Source of the DNA: Octopus vulgaris
Taxonomy: Eukaryota
Direction: 5' to 3'
Assembly: GCA_951406725.2 (NCBI GenBank)
Contig: OX597822.1
Location: 11,966,001 to 12,030,000, forward strand
DNA: 64,000 bases
Both the position numbers and the translations under genes were made by a program. Each line of letters opens with the position of its first letter. Within the stretch, counting starts at the first letter, position 1. This document shows positions 13,985 through 27,662 of the stretch, piece by piece. The notes below the pieces were generated by a model. The model ran no database searches and was not told the DNA's origin. It saw only the letters and a list, made by a program, of their open reading frames with translations.

Positions 13985-14600
13985 GGTGCCAGGAAGTGAT
14001 TGGTCCCAGTAGGGAAGGTGTAGTAAGCATGTCTAATTTTATTGGTTTCAGCTCAAGAGCTGCGGTCATGCTGGGGCACTCCAGTTAATTTTGTTACATC
14101 TAATATGTGGCATCTGAGAAAGTTTGATGTTGCTGCCCTCATTTGTAGTTCCTAAGTGACTGAAGACTAATATCCTCCCGAGGACTATCATGGATTCCTG
14201 TTCTGTTATTCTGAAAATCTAAGGTTCCATTCAACTATCCGTCTGTAATTTATTGCAAACTTGGTCATATTAACCTGAAAAAGACGAATCATTATTCAGG
14301 TTAATACCCAGATCGCGCATTGATGTTGATATAGGGATTGCAATCCCTCCTGGGGCAGTGTATTCAGCTTGCATTTTTCAATCAGCTTCGTCTGCTGGTA
14401 ATGCAGTGCATGGAATTTTCCATCGTTAAACTGCATTGTTCTCTGCCCACCTGTATATTGCATCCAATTCCCGCTGCAAACGCGCAAAGTCTCCAGGGTT
14501 CTGTATTCTCTGAGAGACTTTCATGTCATCCGTATAGTTAGCAACGATAGCTATTTGAACAGCTGATGGCATTTATGAGAGGACCCCTATGACTGGTAGT
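13985..14600 (-). mobile_element. Decayed CR1-group LINE reverse transcriptase fragment
   Basis: Minus-strand frames give DDMKVSQRIQNPGDFARLQRELDAIYRWAENN and MQFNDGKFHALHY, with frameshifts. Confidence 0.65.
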
Positions 14601-14819
14601 GGGTTTAAAATAGTGCTGTGTGAATCACCACTCACTATTTGGATTTCCTTACATATGGCTCCATTGGCTACCACTACCTGACTTCTATCTTTAAGAAAAT
14701 CATGTTGCCACTCCAAGTTTTCCGATTATGCCAAGATTGGTCGGAATGAAATTGGTTCATTCTTTATGAATAATCTTGTGTGTGTGTATAAATCTACTTG
14801 TGCATATACACACCCACAT

Positions 14820-14888
<69 letters not shown>

Positions 14889-14889
14889 C

Positions 14890-14927
<38 letters not shown>

Positions 14928-15429
14928 GTATATGTATATATTTAAACAAAAATATATACACACACGAACATATATATATGTATATGGGTGTGTGCGTGTG
15001 TATGTGTGTGTATATAAACGGTGGTGACCCAGCATGACTGCAACTTTCAAGCTGAAATGCTTTGAAGAACTAAAGGATATTTATACAAGCGAGACGTAAA
15101 CAGTAGTTGCACGGAATTGTGAAGTATATTTGAAACCTAAATGTGACGGAACCATAGGGGACGAGGAAGACATGTCCACCAGCTGGCTAACAACACACTG
15201 TCTGTGTCCGTTTAGTATTTGCGAAAGGAAATCATCGTTCCCATCTCTAGCCTTACGTGATTTACGCAGACTTGGGTTTCTGGGTATTAACCCGTCATAT
15301 TTTTATTTTTATTTTTCCTTTTTTTAATTTTTTGTTTACTTTTTCTTTTTTCTAATTTTACCGTTTACTTTACCCTTACTCATTATTAACTTGCTAATTA
15401 ATTTAAAATGTTAGATCCCCGTATTCAAG

Positions 15430-15742
15430 ATAGATATTTAGAAGGTGTGGTGTTTATCTGCGTGTGTGTATGAATGAACCTTCGACCGTATAGGTATGGG
15501 GATTTATACTCTTCGAGATTTACATGTACGCATGTGTGGACGTATGTACTAGCGGAAATGTACACACACACATGTATATATGTATATGTGTATATGTGTG
15601 TGTGTGTATATATATATGTGTGTATATATATGTGTACCTGTGTGTTAGCATGTGTGTGCGTAAGTGTGTGAATGCATATGTATGTGTCTGTTTGTATGTA
15701 TGTGTGTATGTATGTACCTATATGTGCACATGTATGTGTGCG

Positions 15743-15777
<35 letters not shown>

Positions 15778-16646
15778 ACATATGTACGTATACGTATGTG
15801 CGTGCATTTACCTTTATGTATTTTGGTACGAGTGTATGGGGATACACATACGTGTATAGATATGCGTATGTGTGGGTATATCTAAGTGTATTTATATGTG
15901 GCTGTGTATATGTAGGTGTCTACACATGTGTATGTGTATGCATGTGCATGTGTATATGCATGTGTATGTATATATATATATGTATATGTATATGCACGCA
16001 TACGTATGTCTATGTGTATGTATATGTGTATATATATAGTGTTTTATATATATATATAGTTTTTCATATATGTAGTTTATATGTACACGTGTCACCCTGA
16101 AGATTCGAGAATGTATCGGCATGTAGATTAGGACATATGTGTGCGTATACTTGTATGTATGGATACGTCGCGTATGCATATGTGTACTTTTCTATATGTA
16201 TGTGTATATAGGTGGGGCTATATGTATGTGTTTGTATATGTGTATATGTGTATATGTGTATACATGTAAGTATATGTGCATTTGTATGTGTGTATATATG
16301 TATATGTATTTATATGTACGTGTATGTATGTGTGCATGTGTATGTGTGTGTATATATGAATGTATATATGTGCATGTGGGAATATATGTGTGCATGTGTA
16401 CATATGTATATGTGTATATATATATGTGTGTGTGTGTGTATGTATATGAGTGGGTGTGCATATTTTGTGTTTGTGGGTGAATATATGCATATATATATGT
16501 CTATACATATATGTGTGTGTATGTATATGTGCATATACATATATGTATGTATGGGTATGTGTATACATATGTATGTATGTGTACGCAGGTGTGTGTATGT
16601 GTGAACATGTGTGAACATGTACAGACGCATACATGTATGTGTATAT

Positions 16647-16691
<45 letters not shown>

Positions 16692-16797
16692 TCATGTGTG
16701 TGTGTGTGCATATGTTCGTGTATGTGTAGGTATATGTATGTATATATATGTGTGTGTGTATATGTGTATGTATATGTATATATATATATATATAAAT

Positions 16798-16829
<32 letters not shown>

Positions 16830-16830
16830 G
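15430..16830. repeat. Compound (TA)n/(TG)n low-complexity tract
   Basis: About 1.4 kb of mostly alternating purine-pyrimidine dinucleotides; source of many spurious ORFs. Confidence 0.9.
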
Positions 16831-17715
16831 ATGATTAAGGTCGACATGGGATGTGTAATGATACCTACATCTGGACATATCACTAGTTGCAGGAGACAGG
16901 TTTGTATATGTGAGAGTGGGTAAGTATGTAGACACACACGTACACACATACAAGATAGGCTTAAAGCCTGTAACGTGGGACTGCTATAAACTGACCACTC
17001 GCCTAAACTATATCATATATCACTCCCCACTCTGATAATTAAAAGTAATTTACGACGCTCACCACAGCTTCAGAACTTTGACCCATTATCTCTCTATCTT
17101 AATCCTTTTGTCTTTACGACCGCTTTGTTTACTTTTGTATCTTTTCATCTTTATTTTTATCTTTATCTCATTTTATCTTTATTTTTTTTTTTTTTATTTT
17201 TTACTCATTATTTCTTGTACATTTTACACTTTCACAATACATTTCTAGAATTTATGACCCTATACCTGACGTTCTTTATATCTTTATTTATTTATATTTT
17301 TTACATCTTTACTTTTTATTATATTTTATAATCTTTTATAATTATATTTATATTTATATATATTTTTTTGTGATCCCAACGTCATTAACGTTTCCTCCCA
17401 TTCCCCTCTTTTATTTCCTTTTTTCTCTTTCTCTCAACATCCAATCTTCCCTTTTTTTTCTTCCCTTACAAAAAGAATAAACCCAGCCGGAATTTACCCA
17501 GTATTCACTCTATATTGAGTGAGAAAACGGTATTGGCTATATTTTGGAGTCTAATAATACCATGTAAGCCTATTTGATTATGAGAATTATGATTATGAAG
17601 ATTTACTAACATACTTTCCCAGTGTTACTCGATTTACCTACCATTATAAATAATACCAAATGTTCTTTATCAAACCTTTCATAATGTGATACAAGTCTTT
17701 GGTGTAGCAATTGCA

Positions 17716-17810
17716 TGCGGCTGAAGAGGGCTTTTGAACTATCTGTTATGTCGATTATGCATTGATGTAAGAATAGGTTGTTCTATGAAGCTCGAAACAT
17801 ATGTACCGCG
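17716..17810 (+). ncRNA. Type I hammerhead ribozyme with intact core and long stem II
   Basis: Stem I tgcgg/ccgcg, CTGAAGA 17721-27, stem II gggctt...aagctc, GAAA 17794-97, palindromic stem III acatatgt, GUA triplet 17803-05. Confidence 0.8.
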
Positions 17811-17929
17811 ACATCCTTTGGGTCCTGTTTTTCATTTTATTTCATTTGATACACGTATCCTCTCACCTATGCTACTAGCTAGCACATACAGGTGCTTACA
17901 TTTATCAACTATTCACCCTGAATTTATTG

Positions 17930-17984
<55 letters not shown>

Positions 17985-17992
<8 letters not shown>

Positions 17993-18165
17993 GATTGACT
18001 GACGCAGTAATACGAGTCATAAAAGTCATTATTATGAGATGATTATAAGATGATAATAAAGTAAGAGAACAAAACTAACCAATGCTTTACGCAAAGCTAT
18101 TCATCATTTGAACAACACCGGTGAATTTTATGACTCGTATTACTACCTCAGTCAATCTAAATGTA
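17985..18165. mobile_element. Short element with about 40-bp terminal inverted repeats (MITE-like)
   Basis: atttagattgactgacgcagtaatacgagtcataaaa versus ttttatgactcgtattactacctcagtcaatctaaat; TA-flanked. Confidence 0.6.
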
Positions 18166-18289
18166 TATATTCGTCGTTACCTGTCATAAATGGCCTTTTT
18201 CTATTTGCAATATGCATTTTCGTTGATTTTTCATATTTCACCCTTACATTTCCACGTGTATTTTATATTTTCTTTTCGTAACATATTTC

Positions 18290-18452
<163 letters not shown>

Positions 18453-18453
18453 A

Positions 18454-18484
<31 letters not shown>

Positions 18485-18860
18485 AGCACAGGAATGGCTG
18501 TGTGGTAAGTAGCCTGCTTACCAACCACATGGTTCCGGGTTCAGTCCCTCTGCGTTGCACCTTGGGAGAGTGTCTCATACTATAGACTCGGGTTGTCCAA
18601 AGCTTTGTGAGTGGATTTGTTAGACGGACACTGAAAGAAGCCAGTCGTATACATATGTGTGTGCGTGTGTGCGAGTATGTTTTTGTGTCTGTGTTTGTCC
18701 CCCCACCATCGTTTGACAACCGATGCTAGGGTGTTTACGTCCCCGTAACTTTGCGGTTCGGCCGAAGAAGCGATAGAATAAGTACTAGGCTTACAAAGAA
18801 TAAGTCCTGGGATCGAGTTGTTCGACTAAAAGCGGTGCTCAAATGACTTAAACAAATAAA
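18485..18860 (+). mobile_element. tRNA-derived SINE family A
   Basis: tggctgtgtggtaag A box, gggttcagtcc B box, caccttgggagagtgt centre and family tail. Confidence 0.85.
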
Positions 18861-19149
18861 AATACACACACACACATATATATATATATTATATGTACAC
18901 GGTAATACAAATAGGAAAAGAGATCTCACATATGTGCTTCTGTATTTCTGTACTATGGCAAGAAGTCACAAAGTGAGCCAAAGGCCGATGTTTTCCTGCA
19001 TTGACTGACAACAAGCACTGCAGGAAACTCTGAGTCTATGAGTGACATTATAATACCTTGCCAATTAAATGATAGTTAATGGCTTGTGTATCCACATGAA
19101 TATAATATGTATAATTTATTACACATGTACACACGCATATGTCAAGGTC

Positions 19150-19455
19150 ACCAGCCCCTATCCACACGCAGAAACACGCTCTCACATACACACGCACGAG
19201 TACCTTCCTTTCGGGATCACCACGACATCATTATCTCCCCTTCTTCCTATCTCTCCTGTCTGACCACCTCTGTGTGGACATCATCATAATTCACAGCTAG
19301 CCACTAAAGCTTTTTTCTATTCTCTCTCTGTTTAATTTTCGTGTTCCTTTCAGTTGTAGAGCGTAGGCTCGAAACGTAAAACACCTTCTCACCTTCTCCA
19401 GCGTTAAACTAATACACCTGTTTTTTGTCCTTGTCTGTTTTTGGTAAATTCCAGC
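19150..19455 (+). mobile_element. Penelope-like pseudo-LTR fragment with decayed minimal hammerhead
   Basis: 19347-19383 cttt-cagttgt-a-gagc-gtag-gctc-GAAA-cgt-a-aaa: stem II and GAAACGT retained, CUGANGA box mutated. Confidence 0.6.
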
Positions 19456-19471
19456 TATCTATCTAACTATC

Positions 19472-19534
<63 letters not shown>

Positions 19535-19545
19535 TTATCTATCTA

Positions 19546-19624
<79 letters not shown>

Positions 19625-19659
19625 CCAGAGGTGACGTTTGAGTTGATCACATATATATA

Positions 19660-19744
<85 letters not shown>

Positions 19745-19766
19745 TATATATATGTGTGTGTGTGTG

Positions 19767-20070
19767 TGGAGGCGCAATGGCCCAGTGGTTATGGCAACGG
19801 ACTCGCGGTCGCAGGATCGCGGTTTCGATTCCCACTCTCGCTGAGAGTGTTTATTGGGCGAAAACACTTAAAAAGCTTCACGACGCTCCGGCAGGGGGTG
19901 GTGATCCCTGCTGTACTCTTTCACCACACTTTCTCCCACTCTTTCTTCTGTTGGTCTACTCGCTTAGCCAGCGGGGTGGCGTCATTCGAAGGCTAAAACA
20001 ATGCGAACGCATTGTGACCAGCGATGTGTAACAACATCTGATGGTCTGGTCGGTCACGTGATCACGTGAT
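19767..20070 (+). mobile_element. tRNA-derived SINE family D
   Basis: A box tggcccagtgg, B-box-like ggtttcgattcc, tail ending in tandem tcacgtga. Confidence 0.7.
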
Positions 20071-20084
20071 ATATATATATAACC

Positions 20085-20500
20085 AACCAAGCTTTCTTCA
20101 CTGCTGGTCATTACACGCCGTTCATTCCTTTCTGGATCGTGGAATTCTTAATTCACATAGCTCCAAACGCTTGTCTTATTTCGCCAACCAACCGTTTTGT
20201 AAGACTTCCGAGTCGCCTCTTCTGCTCGCACGGTTACCACTCTACAACTACACGAGGCCACCAATTGCTGGTAAACCGAGTGATGCGTTCGATGCCCCTG
20301 AATTTCTGCCATCTGCATTCTTTGATGTTCCTCACGCCAGATTTTTCTCTGGTCACTTCGCTCTGGATTTGCTTTTTCGGCGACATTCTCAGCATTAATC
20401 TTTTCACATCTCTTTGAGCAGTTACAATCCTCTGCTCGTCTCTCTTCCTCCAGGCCTAGGTTTCGGTTTCGTACAATATTGATGGTAAAAATAGGTTATC
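20085..20500 (-). mobile_element. Decayed RTE-clade LINE 3' fragment
   Basis: Minus frame LFLPSILYETET*AWRKRDEQRIVTAQRDVKRLMLRMS...NWWPRVVVEW*PCEQKRRLG resembles the RTE C-terminus. Confidence 0.6.
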
Positions 20501-20545
20501 ACGAGGGGTCCTATCCAGATTTTCTTTGGGTACATCTCTGATGGA

Positions 20546-20650
20546 CACAGTTCTATATTTAAAAGATGAGGAATTAAGTACACTATTTACATTTGACGGA
20601 TGTTTCATCACGTAGCTTGGGGAAATTTCTCATTCCTATGGTATTTTCGA

Positions 20651-20652
<2 letters not shown>
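20546..20652 (-). mobile_element. Internally deleted copy of the hammerhead/tRNA-headed element, upstream of the (TAA)n holding the Dong insertion
   Basis: acagttctatattt..gatgaggaatt..acatttgacggat..ttcatca..ttggggaaattt..ctcattcct..ggtattttcgatg matches 55363-55547. Confidence 0.7.
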
Positions 20653-20700
<48 letters not shown>

Positions 20701-20710
20701 ATTATTATGA

Positions 20711-20761
<51 letters not shown>

Positions 20762-20762
<1 letters not shown>

Positions 20763-21760
20763 ATTTTTTTTTCTTCTTTCAAATTTGCTTCCATTTCTTG
20801 TCGTGTGTCTTCCCGACTCCTAGGGCAAAGAAACTCATAGTATACATTGGTAGGCCATTAAACCAAACTCAGTAGTTCGTTCTTTTTTTTTTTTTTTTTA
20901 AGTTAAATTAAAATACATGAGCAGCAACAGTTCTCACATCGACAATGCTCTTCTCAATACGTGTGATGTACCAGTTAAGACAATCTTTTGCACTTCTTGC
21001 AGGGATGGTAAGCCAGGGATCATTCTCATATAATTTTCGGTTCCCTTCTTGATCATTCCTAGTGCTCCTACGATCACTGGTATTGTAACTGCCTTGAGAT
21101 GCCACATTTTCTCAATTTCAATGAATAGGTCTTTATATTTTCTGAGCTTGTCAAACTCTTTCGCTGAGATATTATGATCACAGGGGATGCTCATGTCGAT
21201 CAATAAGCAAACTTTATTGTTTTGGTCTTTCACAACAATATCTGGTTTATTGGCCTTGATGGTTCGGTCTGTATGTACTGGAAAGTCCCACAGAATGGTT
21301 ACATTTTCTCCTTCAGTTACAGCCTCAGGGTGGTGATCATACCACTTGTCGGCAGTTTTGATATTGTAATGCCGACTTATTAGCCAGTGGAGATATTGGC
21401 CAACTCTGTCATGTCTTAATTTATACTCCACTGGTGCTAAGACTTTACATCCAGAGATTAGGTGGTCCACTGTTTCAATCATGTCGTTGCTGAATCGGCA
21501 TTTTGGGTCTGCTCCAAATTTCATCACATTGGCCTGGTAGTTCCGGGTTAATAGGCTTTGATTTTGAGCAGCCAGGATGAAACCTTCGCTCTCTGCTTTT
21601 AGCCCTGAGCTCCGTAGCCACTGATGGGTTTGCTTCTGGTCAACATCAGCTTTTTTTGCTGCGGGTCACATATTTGCCGTGCAAAGGTTTCTCCTCCCAC
21701 CTATCAGCCAATTGCTCGTGCGCTTTTTTCATTGCCATCATTTTCACCTTCTTTGCAACA

Positions 21761-21791
<31 letters not shown>

Positions 21792-24700
21792 ATTTGGCTC
21801 AAAAGCAAATAACAAGGCCATGTAGGGGGACATGGAGTTAAGTACAGGGTGGTGTTCATGTAAAGAGTTCAGGCCACTTGAGGTCCAGGGAGGCTTTGAA
21901 CAAAGCGGTCGTCGGCATCTTTACCATCTCGTCTGGCAGCTTGTTCCACGGATCCGCAACCCGGACGGAGAAAGCTCCTCTCCTTCGATTGAGATGAAAT
22001 CGTCGCAGGTAGAGCTTTTCGGAATGACCCCGCAGCCGACGCTCTGGAGCAGGAGTGAAGAACATCTCTTTCGAGAGGTTACACTTTCCGCTTATGATGT
22101 TGTGGGCGAGAATGAGATCACCACGGCGGCGGCGTTTTTCAAGTGAATAAAGGTCGAGCGTCCTCAGCCTTTCTTCGTAGGACAAATTTTTGAGACCATG
22201 AACCATGCGGGTAGCCAGCTTCTGGACTCTTTCGAGATGCTGTATGTCTTTGAGGTGATAAGGAGAAGAGGCTTGAATCCCATACTCCAATATGTGTCTC
22301 ACCAGCGTGACATAGAGTGGGAGGAATATGGCTGCTGTGAGCATTCCGTATGACCGTCGAATCAAGAACAGAATTCCGCGTGCTTTGTTGGCAGCATGGA
22401 CGCACTGGGCCGAAGGCGAAAAGGAGGAATACACCAAGATACCTAGATCCTTTACCTGATCGGTCCTCTCCAGCAGCAGACGACCCGGCTCGAAATCAAG
22501 TTGAGTTGCAGGAGTAGAGCCGACAGGCAGATGACAGCACTTTGACACGTTCAGACGTAGGTCCCAATCGTTAGACCACTTCCGAATTTGGTGGAGGCAT
22601 CGACGAAGATCCTCTATATTACCGCGAGGAGCGACCAGTTTGATATCGTCGGCAAATAGAAGGGTGTGTTGCGTGAGGTCGTCGGGCAAGTCATTTATGA
22701 AGACTAAGAGCAACAAGGGCCCAAGCACTGAACCTTGAGGCACGCCACTGCTCGCACTGGAGACGTCGGACCGCGAACCATTAACTTGGACTTGGAAGGA
22801 GCGATCTGAGAGGAAGGCACCAACCCATCGTACAATATCCGGATGGAAACTATATGCTTGAAGCTTGACAAGTAATAGGCGGTGGTTTACCGAGTCAAAA
22901 GCTTTGGCAAAGTCCAGTAAAACTATGTCAACAGCATCACTATCATCGAGGATGCGCGTCACCAATTCTTCCATTACTAGTAAGTTGGTCAAGCATGATC
23001 TCTTCGGCACGAAGCCGTGTTGGGAGCCGTACTTCCCTCGGGTTGTTCAGTTTGGGTATCCTGCACGAGATCAGTAGCAAATTTTTTGTTTTCCTTTATG
23101 ATAGAATGAAGCTTCTTTCGTCTCTCGTGATTTTCCACGAGCTTTAGCATCCATTCATTCGATATTTCGAGATATTTGGCCAGTCCAATTGTGGTTGTTT
23201 TGTAAGCTAGTTCAAATTGGATCAGGCCTCGACCTCCTTGGGCTCTGGGAAGGTAAAGGCGATCTACGTCTGCCTTTGGGTGGTGCATCCTATTACAACT
23301 CAGCAGCTTGCGTATTTTTCTATCTATATTCTTTACTTCACTCATATTCCAGTTCAACACATTGTAGCTATAAGTAACAACTGGAACTGCTAAGGAATTT
23401 ATAGCTAACACCTTGTTACGTGCATTTAGTTCAGATTTCAGGACTGCACGAACTCTCCTATAACATTCCTTCCTGATTTTCTCTTTCATGTTTGCATGCT
23501 GAATACCAGAGCCTTCGTTTATCCCTAAATATTTGTATGTTTGTTCTTGCTCAAGCTCTCTTATGACTGAATTTGTGGTCTTCACTTTCCCTTTCTGGAA
23601 AGTGGCCTTGGCACACTTCTCAAGTCCAAACTCCATCCCGATGTCATCGCTGAATGCTTTCACGGTGCGCAATAGGCCTTCAAGTTCATTATTATCTTTA
23701 CCATAAAGTTTTAAGTCATCCATATAAAATAGGTGGCTTATTTTTTTATTGGCAATTTTATACCGATACCCTGTTCTGTTTAATTCACTTGTAAGGGTAT
23801 TAGGGCTATGCAGAATATTAAAGGTGAAAGTGAGTCACCTTGAAAAATTCCACAGTTGATGCTTATATTTTCTGAGGCAAGTACTCCATTAGAGTGATAT
23901 AATTGGAGATTCGTATTCCACAACGACATATTGTGCTTCAGGAAGTTTGAAATCACAGGGGAAATTTTGAAGATGTCCAGCGATCTCAAGATCCATGGAT
24001 GCGGTATACTGTCGAAGGCCTTTTTGTAGTCAATCCATGCGGTGCTGAGATTTCTGCGCTTGTTGTGACAGTTCTCAAGGATCATACGATTGATTAGCAG
24101 TTGATCTTTGCGTCCGTAAGAGCCTCGGCGCCACCCTTTTTGTTCGATGGGGAAAATATCGTTCTTCTCCATGAATGCATATGTTTTCTCCGCCAGGATA
24201 GATGTTAGGATTTTATACGTGGTGGATAGACAGGTTATAGGCCGATAGTTTTTTGGAAGGTTGGTTTCGTTATTCTTTGGGAGTAGGTAAGTAATGCCAC
24301 TTGCTAACCATTCAGGTGTTTTCTTTGGGTCTCTCATAATTCCATTGAGCAGCTGAACTAGCTTACCCTATCTTTACCGGGGGATTTCCAATTACGGGCC
24401 TTCGTGAGTGCCTTTCTTAGTCTGCTATTGTGATGTCTTCCCATGCTTGTTGTTGTAAATTTTGGTAGGATCCTTCAGTTTGTATAATCCAGTCTGCATT
24501 TATGTTGTACGTCTTCTTGTCACTCCAAATCCTTTTCCAAAAGTTTTGAACTTCTTCCATGGGAGGGGTGTCTTTAACGGTTACTTTCTCCTTCCCTATT
24601 TCTCTGTAGAATTTTTTGGCATTGGATGTGAACAGCTTATTTTGCTTGTAAAACTTGTTTCTCTTCTCAAATCTTCGTATTCTTTGGGCTTTTGCTTGGA

Positions 24701-25930
24701 CTTTTTGTTTCAGCGTTTCTTTTATTGATATCAGTTCTTCTCTTGGTGAGGATCCAAATTTTCTCTTCATCTTTCTTCCTGTTCTGGATCTTACATCATT
24801 TCCACATATTAGTTCATTTAATATTAATATTTCCCCTCTCATAAATTCAATCTCTTTTTCAATTTTACTTCTCCAGGTTTGATTTCTTCCCAGGTTTTGT
24901 TTTCTTTGTTTTTTCGGGGGCATACAGCTGGTTTCAATTGCCCTAGCAGAAGCGTAAATAATTTCATTTAACTCAGTAAAATCAGGTTTTAATTCTCATA
25001 TTATTTCATTTGTTACATAGTTGCCAATTTGGATTTGTTTTTTATTTTGGTTTGTATTTGAGAGTTTATGAAGTGGTTCTCTATCATTCATACTTGTATG
25101 TTTTACAACTTCAAGCGTATTCAGGATTTTCTGCCTCATTTCTGCCATAGACTCTCTGTGTTCTTCAGCAAATGCGAGATCTTCAGTTACTGTTGTTTTT
25201 TCGTTTTCCTGGCTATCTTTAACAGGTACAATAGAATTTCTTGTATCTTCAGGCCTTTGCGTACTTTGGTCAGATGGCAGTCTTTCAATTAAGCCTCGTG
25301 GCGGGCTATTACTGTTCATCTGATTCTTCATTTCCTTTGTGTCTTATATTTATGTCATTTTCCGTTGCGTGCTTGATCGCGCTTATTTCACTGTCTGTGA
25401 GTCTGTTATTTCTAAGGATATCCCTCCTCACATTTGCTAATTTGTTCTCGTCCAAATAGGGCCTACTGTCTTGATTCCGTGTTCTCCATATACTGTAAGA
25501 GTTTGCGGTGTGTCTCTCTTGAGATGGCCTACCTAATGCATAGTAATAAGCGTACATTACTTCTTTATACTCTTCTCGGGTCCATTTGTTCCGCTTACAT
25601 TTTTCTTTCTGTGGTGGTTGTGGTGGTGAACTTGGAGGGCTCGAGTTGGGGGATTTCCCGTTCAAGTGACCATCCATGTCCGTATTCGGAGAAGAGTTTG
25701 TGCCAGTTGATGACTTTTCGATCCCAGGCTGGCTCTTCCCTGGGGGACGCGCTTCCAGATTAACCATAGGACAAGCGATTTGGTATACTGATTTAGTTTT
25801 CCTTTTAGTTTCCAAAAACATTTTGGTGCTACGATAATGTTATCATTTTTTAGCTTTGATTGGCTCGTGGGGAGACGGCCATCATTGCCGTTACAATTAT
25901 AATCGTACCATTATAGCAGCCGTAGTCGGC
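20762..25930 (-). mobile_element. Full-length, frameshifted R4/Dong-type non-LTR retrotransposon (RT, CCHC, RLE endonuclease) flanked by (TAA)n
   Basis: ORF pieces 25821-25309, 25331-24996, 24923-24417, 24337-23780, 23723-23025 and 21764-20934. Motifs WIDYKKAFDSIPH, GIFQGDSLSP, YMDDLKLY, GGRGL, CRF(S)..ETVDHLISGC, RHD, PDIVVKD..LLID, K..KY. (ATT)n on both sides. Confidence 0.92.
21765..23024 (-). mobile_element. 5'-truncated CR1-group LINE nested in the Dong ORF
   Basis: Uninterrupted 384-aa frame QHGFVPKRSCLTNLL, LDFAKAFDSV, SGVPQGSVLGP, LFADDIKL, RRRRGDLI; 3' (AACT)n tail at 21762-21790. Confidence 0.92.
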
Positions 25931-25961
25931 TTATTACTGTTATTATTGTTATTATCATCAC

Positions 25962-26018
<57 letters not shown>

Positions 26019-26065
26019 CATTATTATCATTATTATTATTAATATTATTATTATTATTATTATTA

Positions 26066-26132
<67 letters not shown>

Positions 26133-26176
26133 TATTATTATCGTTATTATTATTATTATTATGATTATTATTATTA

Positions 26177-26240
<64 letters not shown>

Positions 26241-26477
26241 GATCATTATTATTATTATTATTATCATTATTATCATTGTTATTATTATTACTATTATTAT
26301 TACTATTATTATTATTATTATCTTTGTTATTATTATTATTATTATTGTTATTATTATTATTATCGTTATTATTATTATTATTATTATTATTATCATTATT
26401 AATATTATTATTGTTGTTGTTGTTGATGTCATTATTATTATTATTTTCATTATTATGATCAATATTATTATTATTGA
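25931..26477. repeat. (ATT)n/(TAA)n microsatellite, about 550 bp
   Basis: Seen directly; source of the poly-I and poly-L ORFs. Confidence 0.95.
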
Positions 26478-26913
26478 GTGAGAGAGCAGTTCATGACATC
26501 AAGGTGACACTGGGGTAAAATATACGAAGCCCAATATACCCATCATGACTACCCGTCTGATAAAGGTACACCAGGCACATGCATCACAACCATATGTGCG
26601 CGACATGGTGATCTCATATCAAGATAAACAGCACATGACCTTGCAGGTGGGGCCCAGTTAGAATTTTCTTCAGGTTGAGTAGCCCATCCCGCTCAAACGG
26701 TCTCTGAATAAGGGTTGTTTAAGGATGTTGAAAGAACCACCCATGTTTCCAGAGGCGAACTATTCAAACCCCAAAGAATCCCTCTCAACACATGGCTATG
26801 ATGCTCCCCCACTACTTCTGCTCGTGATCAGAGATGCACATATCGTCAGCCACTAAGGGACATGCTCAACTGGTTAAGGTCAAACAACTGACAAGCAAAT
26901 CTGTGGTATTGAG

Positions 26914-26914
<1 letters not shown>
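26478..26914 (-). mobile_element. Unclassified 437-bp insert bounded on both sides by (TAA)n
   Basis: Complex, more GC-rich block between two ATT runs; the minus strand ends ...ctctcactc(aat)n like the neighbouring Dong 3' ends; no ORF homology recognised. Confidence 0.45.
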
Positions 26915-26946
<32 letters not shown>

Positions 26947-26948
<2 letters not shown>

Positions 26949-27535
26949 TATGTTTGACTTTTGCTTTATATTTGTACAAGTTGGCCCCAAGTCTCACCCA
27001 GAGACCTCAAGAGACAACAGGGTTGGAAGTTCATGTTGTTGTTATGCCTAGTGTGCCATATATTTGGGGGTGGGGATGTTGTACTAATGAATGTCTAAAA
27101 AAAAAAAAAAAGGTTTTTTTTTTTTTTTTTACCGAAAATTATGTTTGTTTTAAACCTTGAGATTACATAGAGAGTATTTTGCGTAGGATATGAGCAGTTC
27201 CCATGAGCACTATCTTTTGAACTTCTGCCATTTTTGGGTTTCCTGGTATCTGAGTTAGGTAGCTATCAGCCCCTTTTGCTATCATTCCCAGGGCACCTAT
27301 GACAACAGGTATTGTTTTAGTCTTCAGCTTCCACATTTTGCTGATTTCTATTTCAATATCTTTATATTTGCTCAGTTTTTGGTAGGTCTTGACAGATACG
27401 CTTATATCGATTGGGACAGTCATATCAATGAGGAGGCATGTTCTTTGTTTGAAGTTTTTCAATATGATGTCTGGCCTATTTGCATCTATCTTCCTGTCAG
27501 TTTGAATGGTGAAGTTCCAGAGGAGTGAGATGTGG

Positions 27536-27538
<3 letters not shown>
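26947..27538 (-). mobile_element. Second R4/Dong subfamily, 5'-truncated (RLE domain and 3' UTR)
   Basis: HISLLWNFTIQTDRKIDANRPDIILK..LLIDMTVP..KLSKYKD..IPVVIGALG..LRKILSM; (TAA)n on both sides. Confidence 0.88.
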
Positions 27539-27566
<28 letters not shown>

Positions 27567-27574
27567 CGTTATTA

Positions 27575-27605
<31 letters not shown>

Positions 27606-27624
27606 CATCGTTATTATTATTATC

Positions 27625-27662
<38 letters not shown>

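Noticed and set aside
21762-21790. (TTAG)n as an interstitial telomere
   Set aside because: It is not TTAGGG and is the 3' tail of the CR1-group insertion.
25822-25930. HDV-like ribozyme in the Dong 5' UTR
   Set aside because: I could not assemble the P1/P1.1/P2/P3 nested pseudoknot by eye; a descriptor search is needed.
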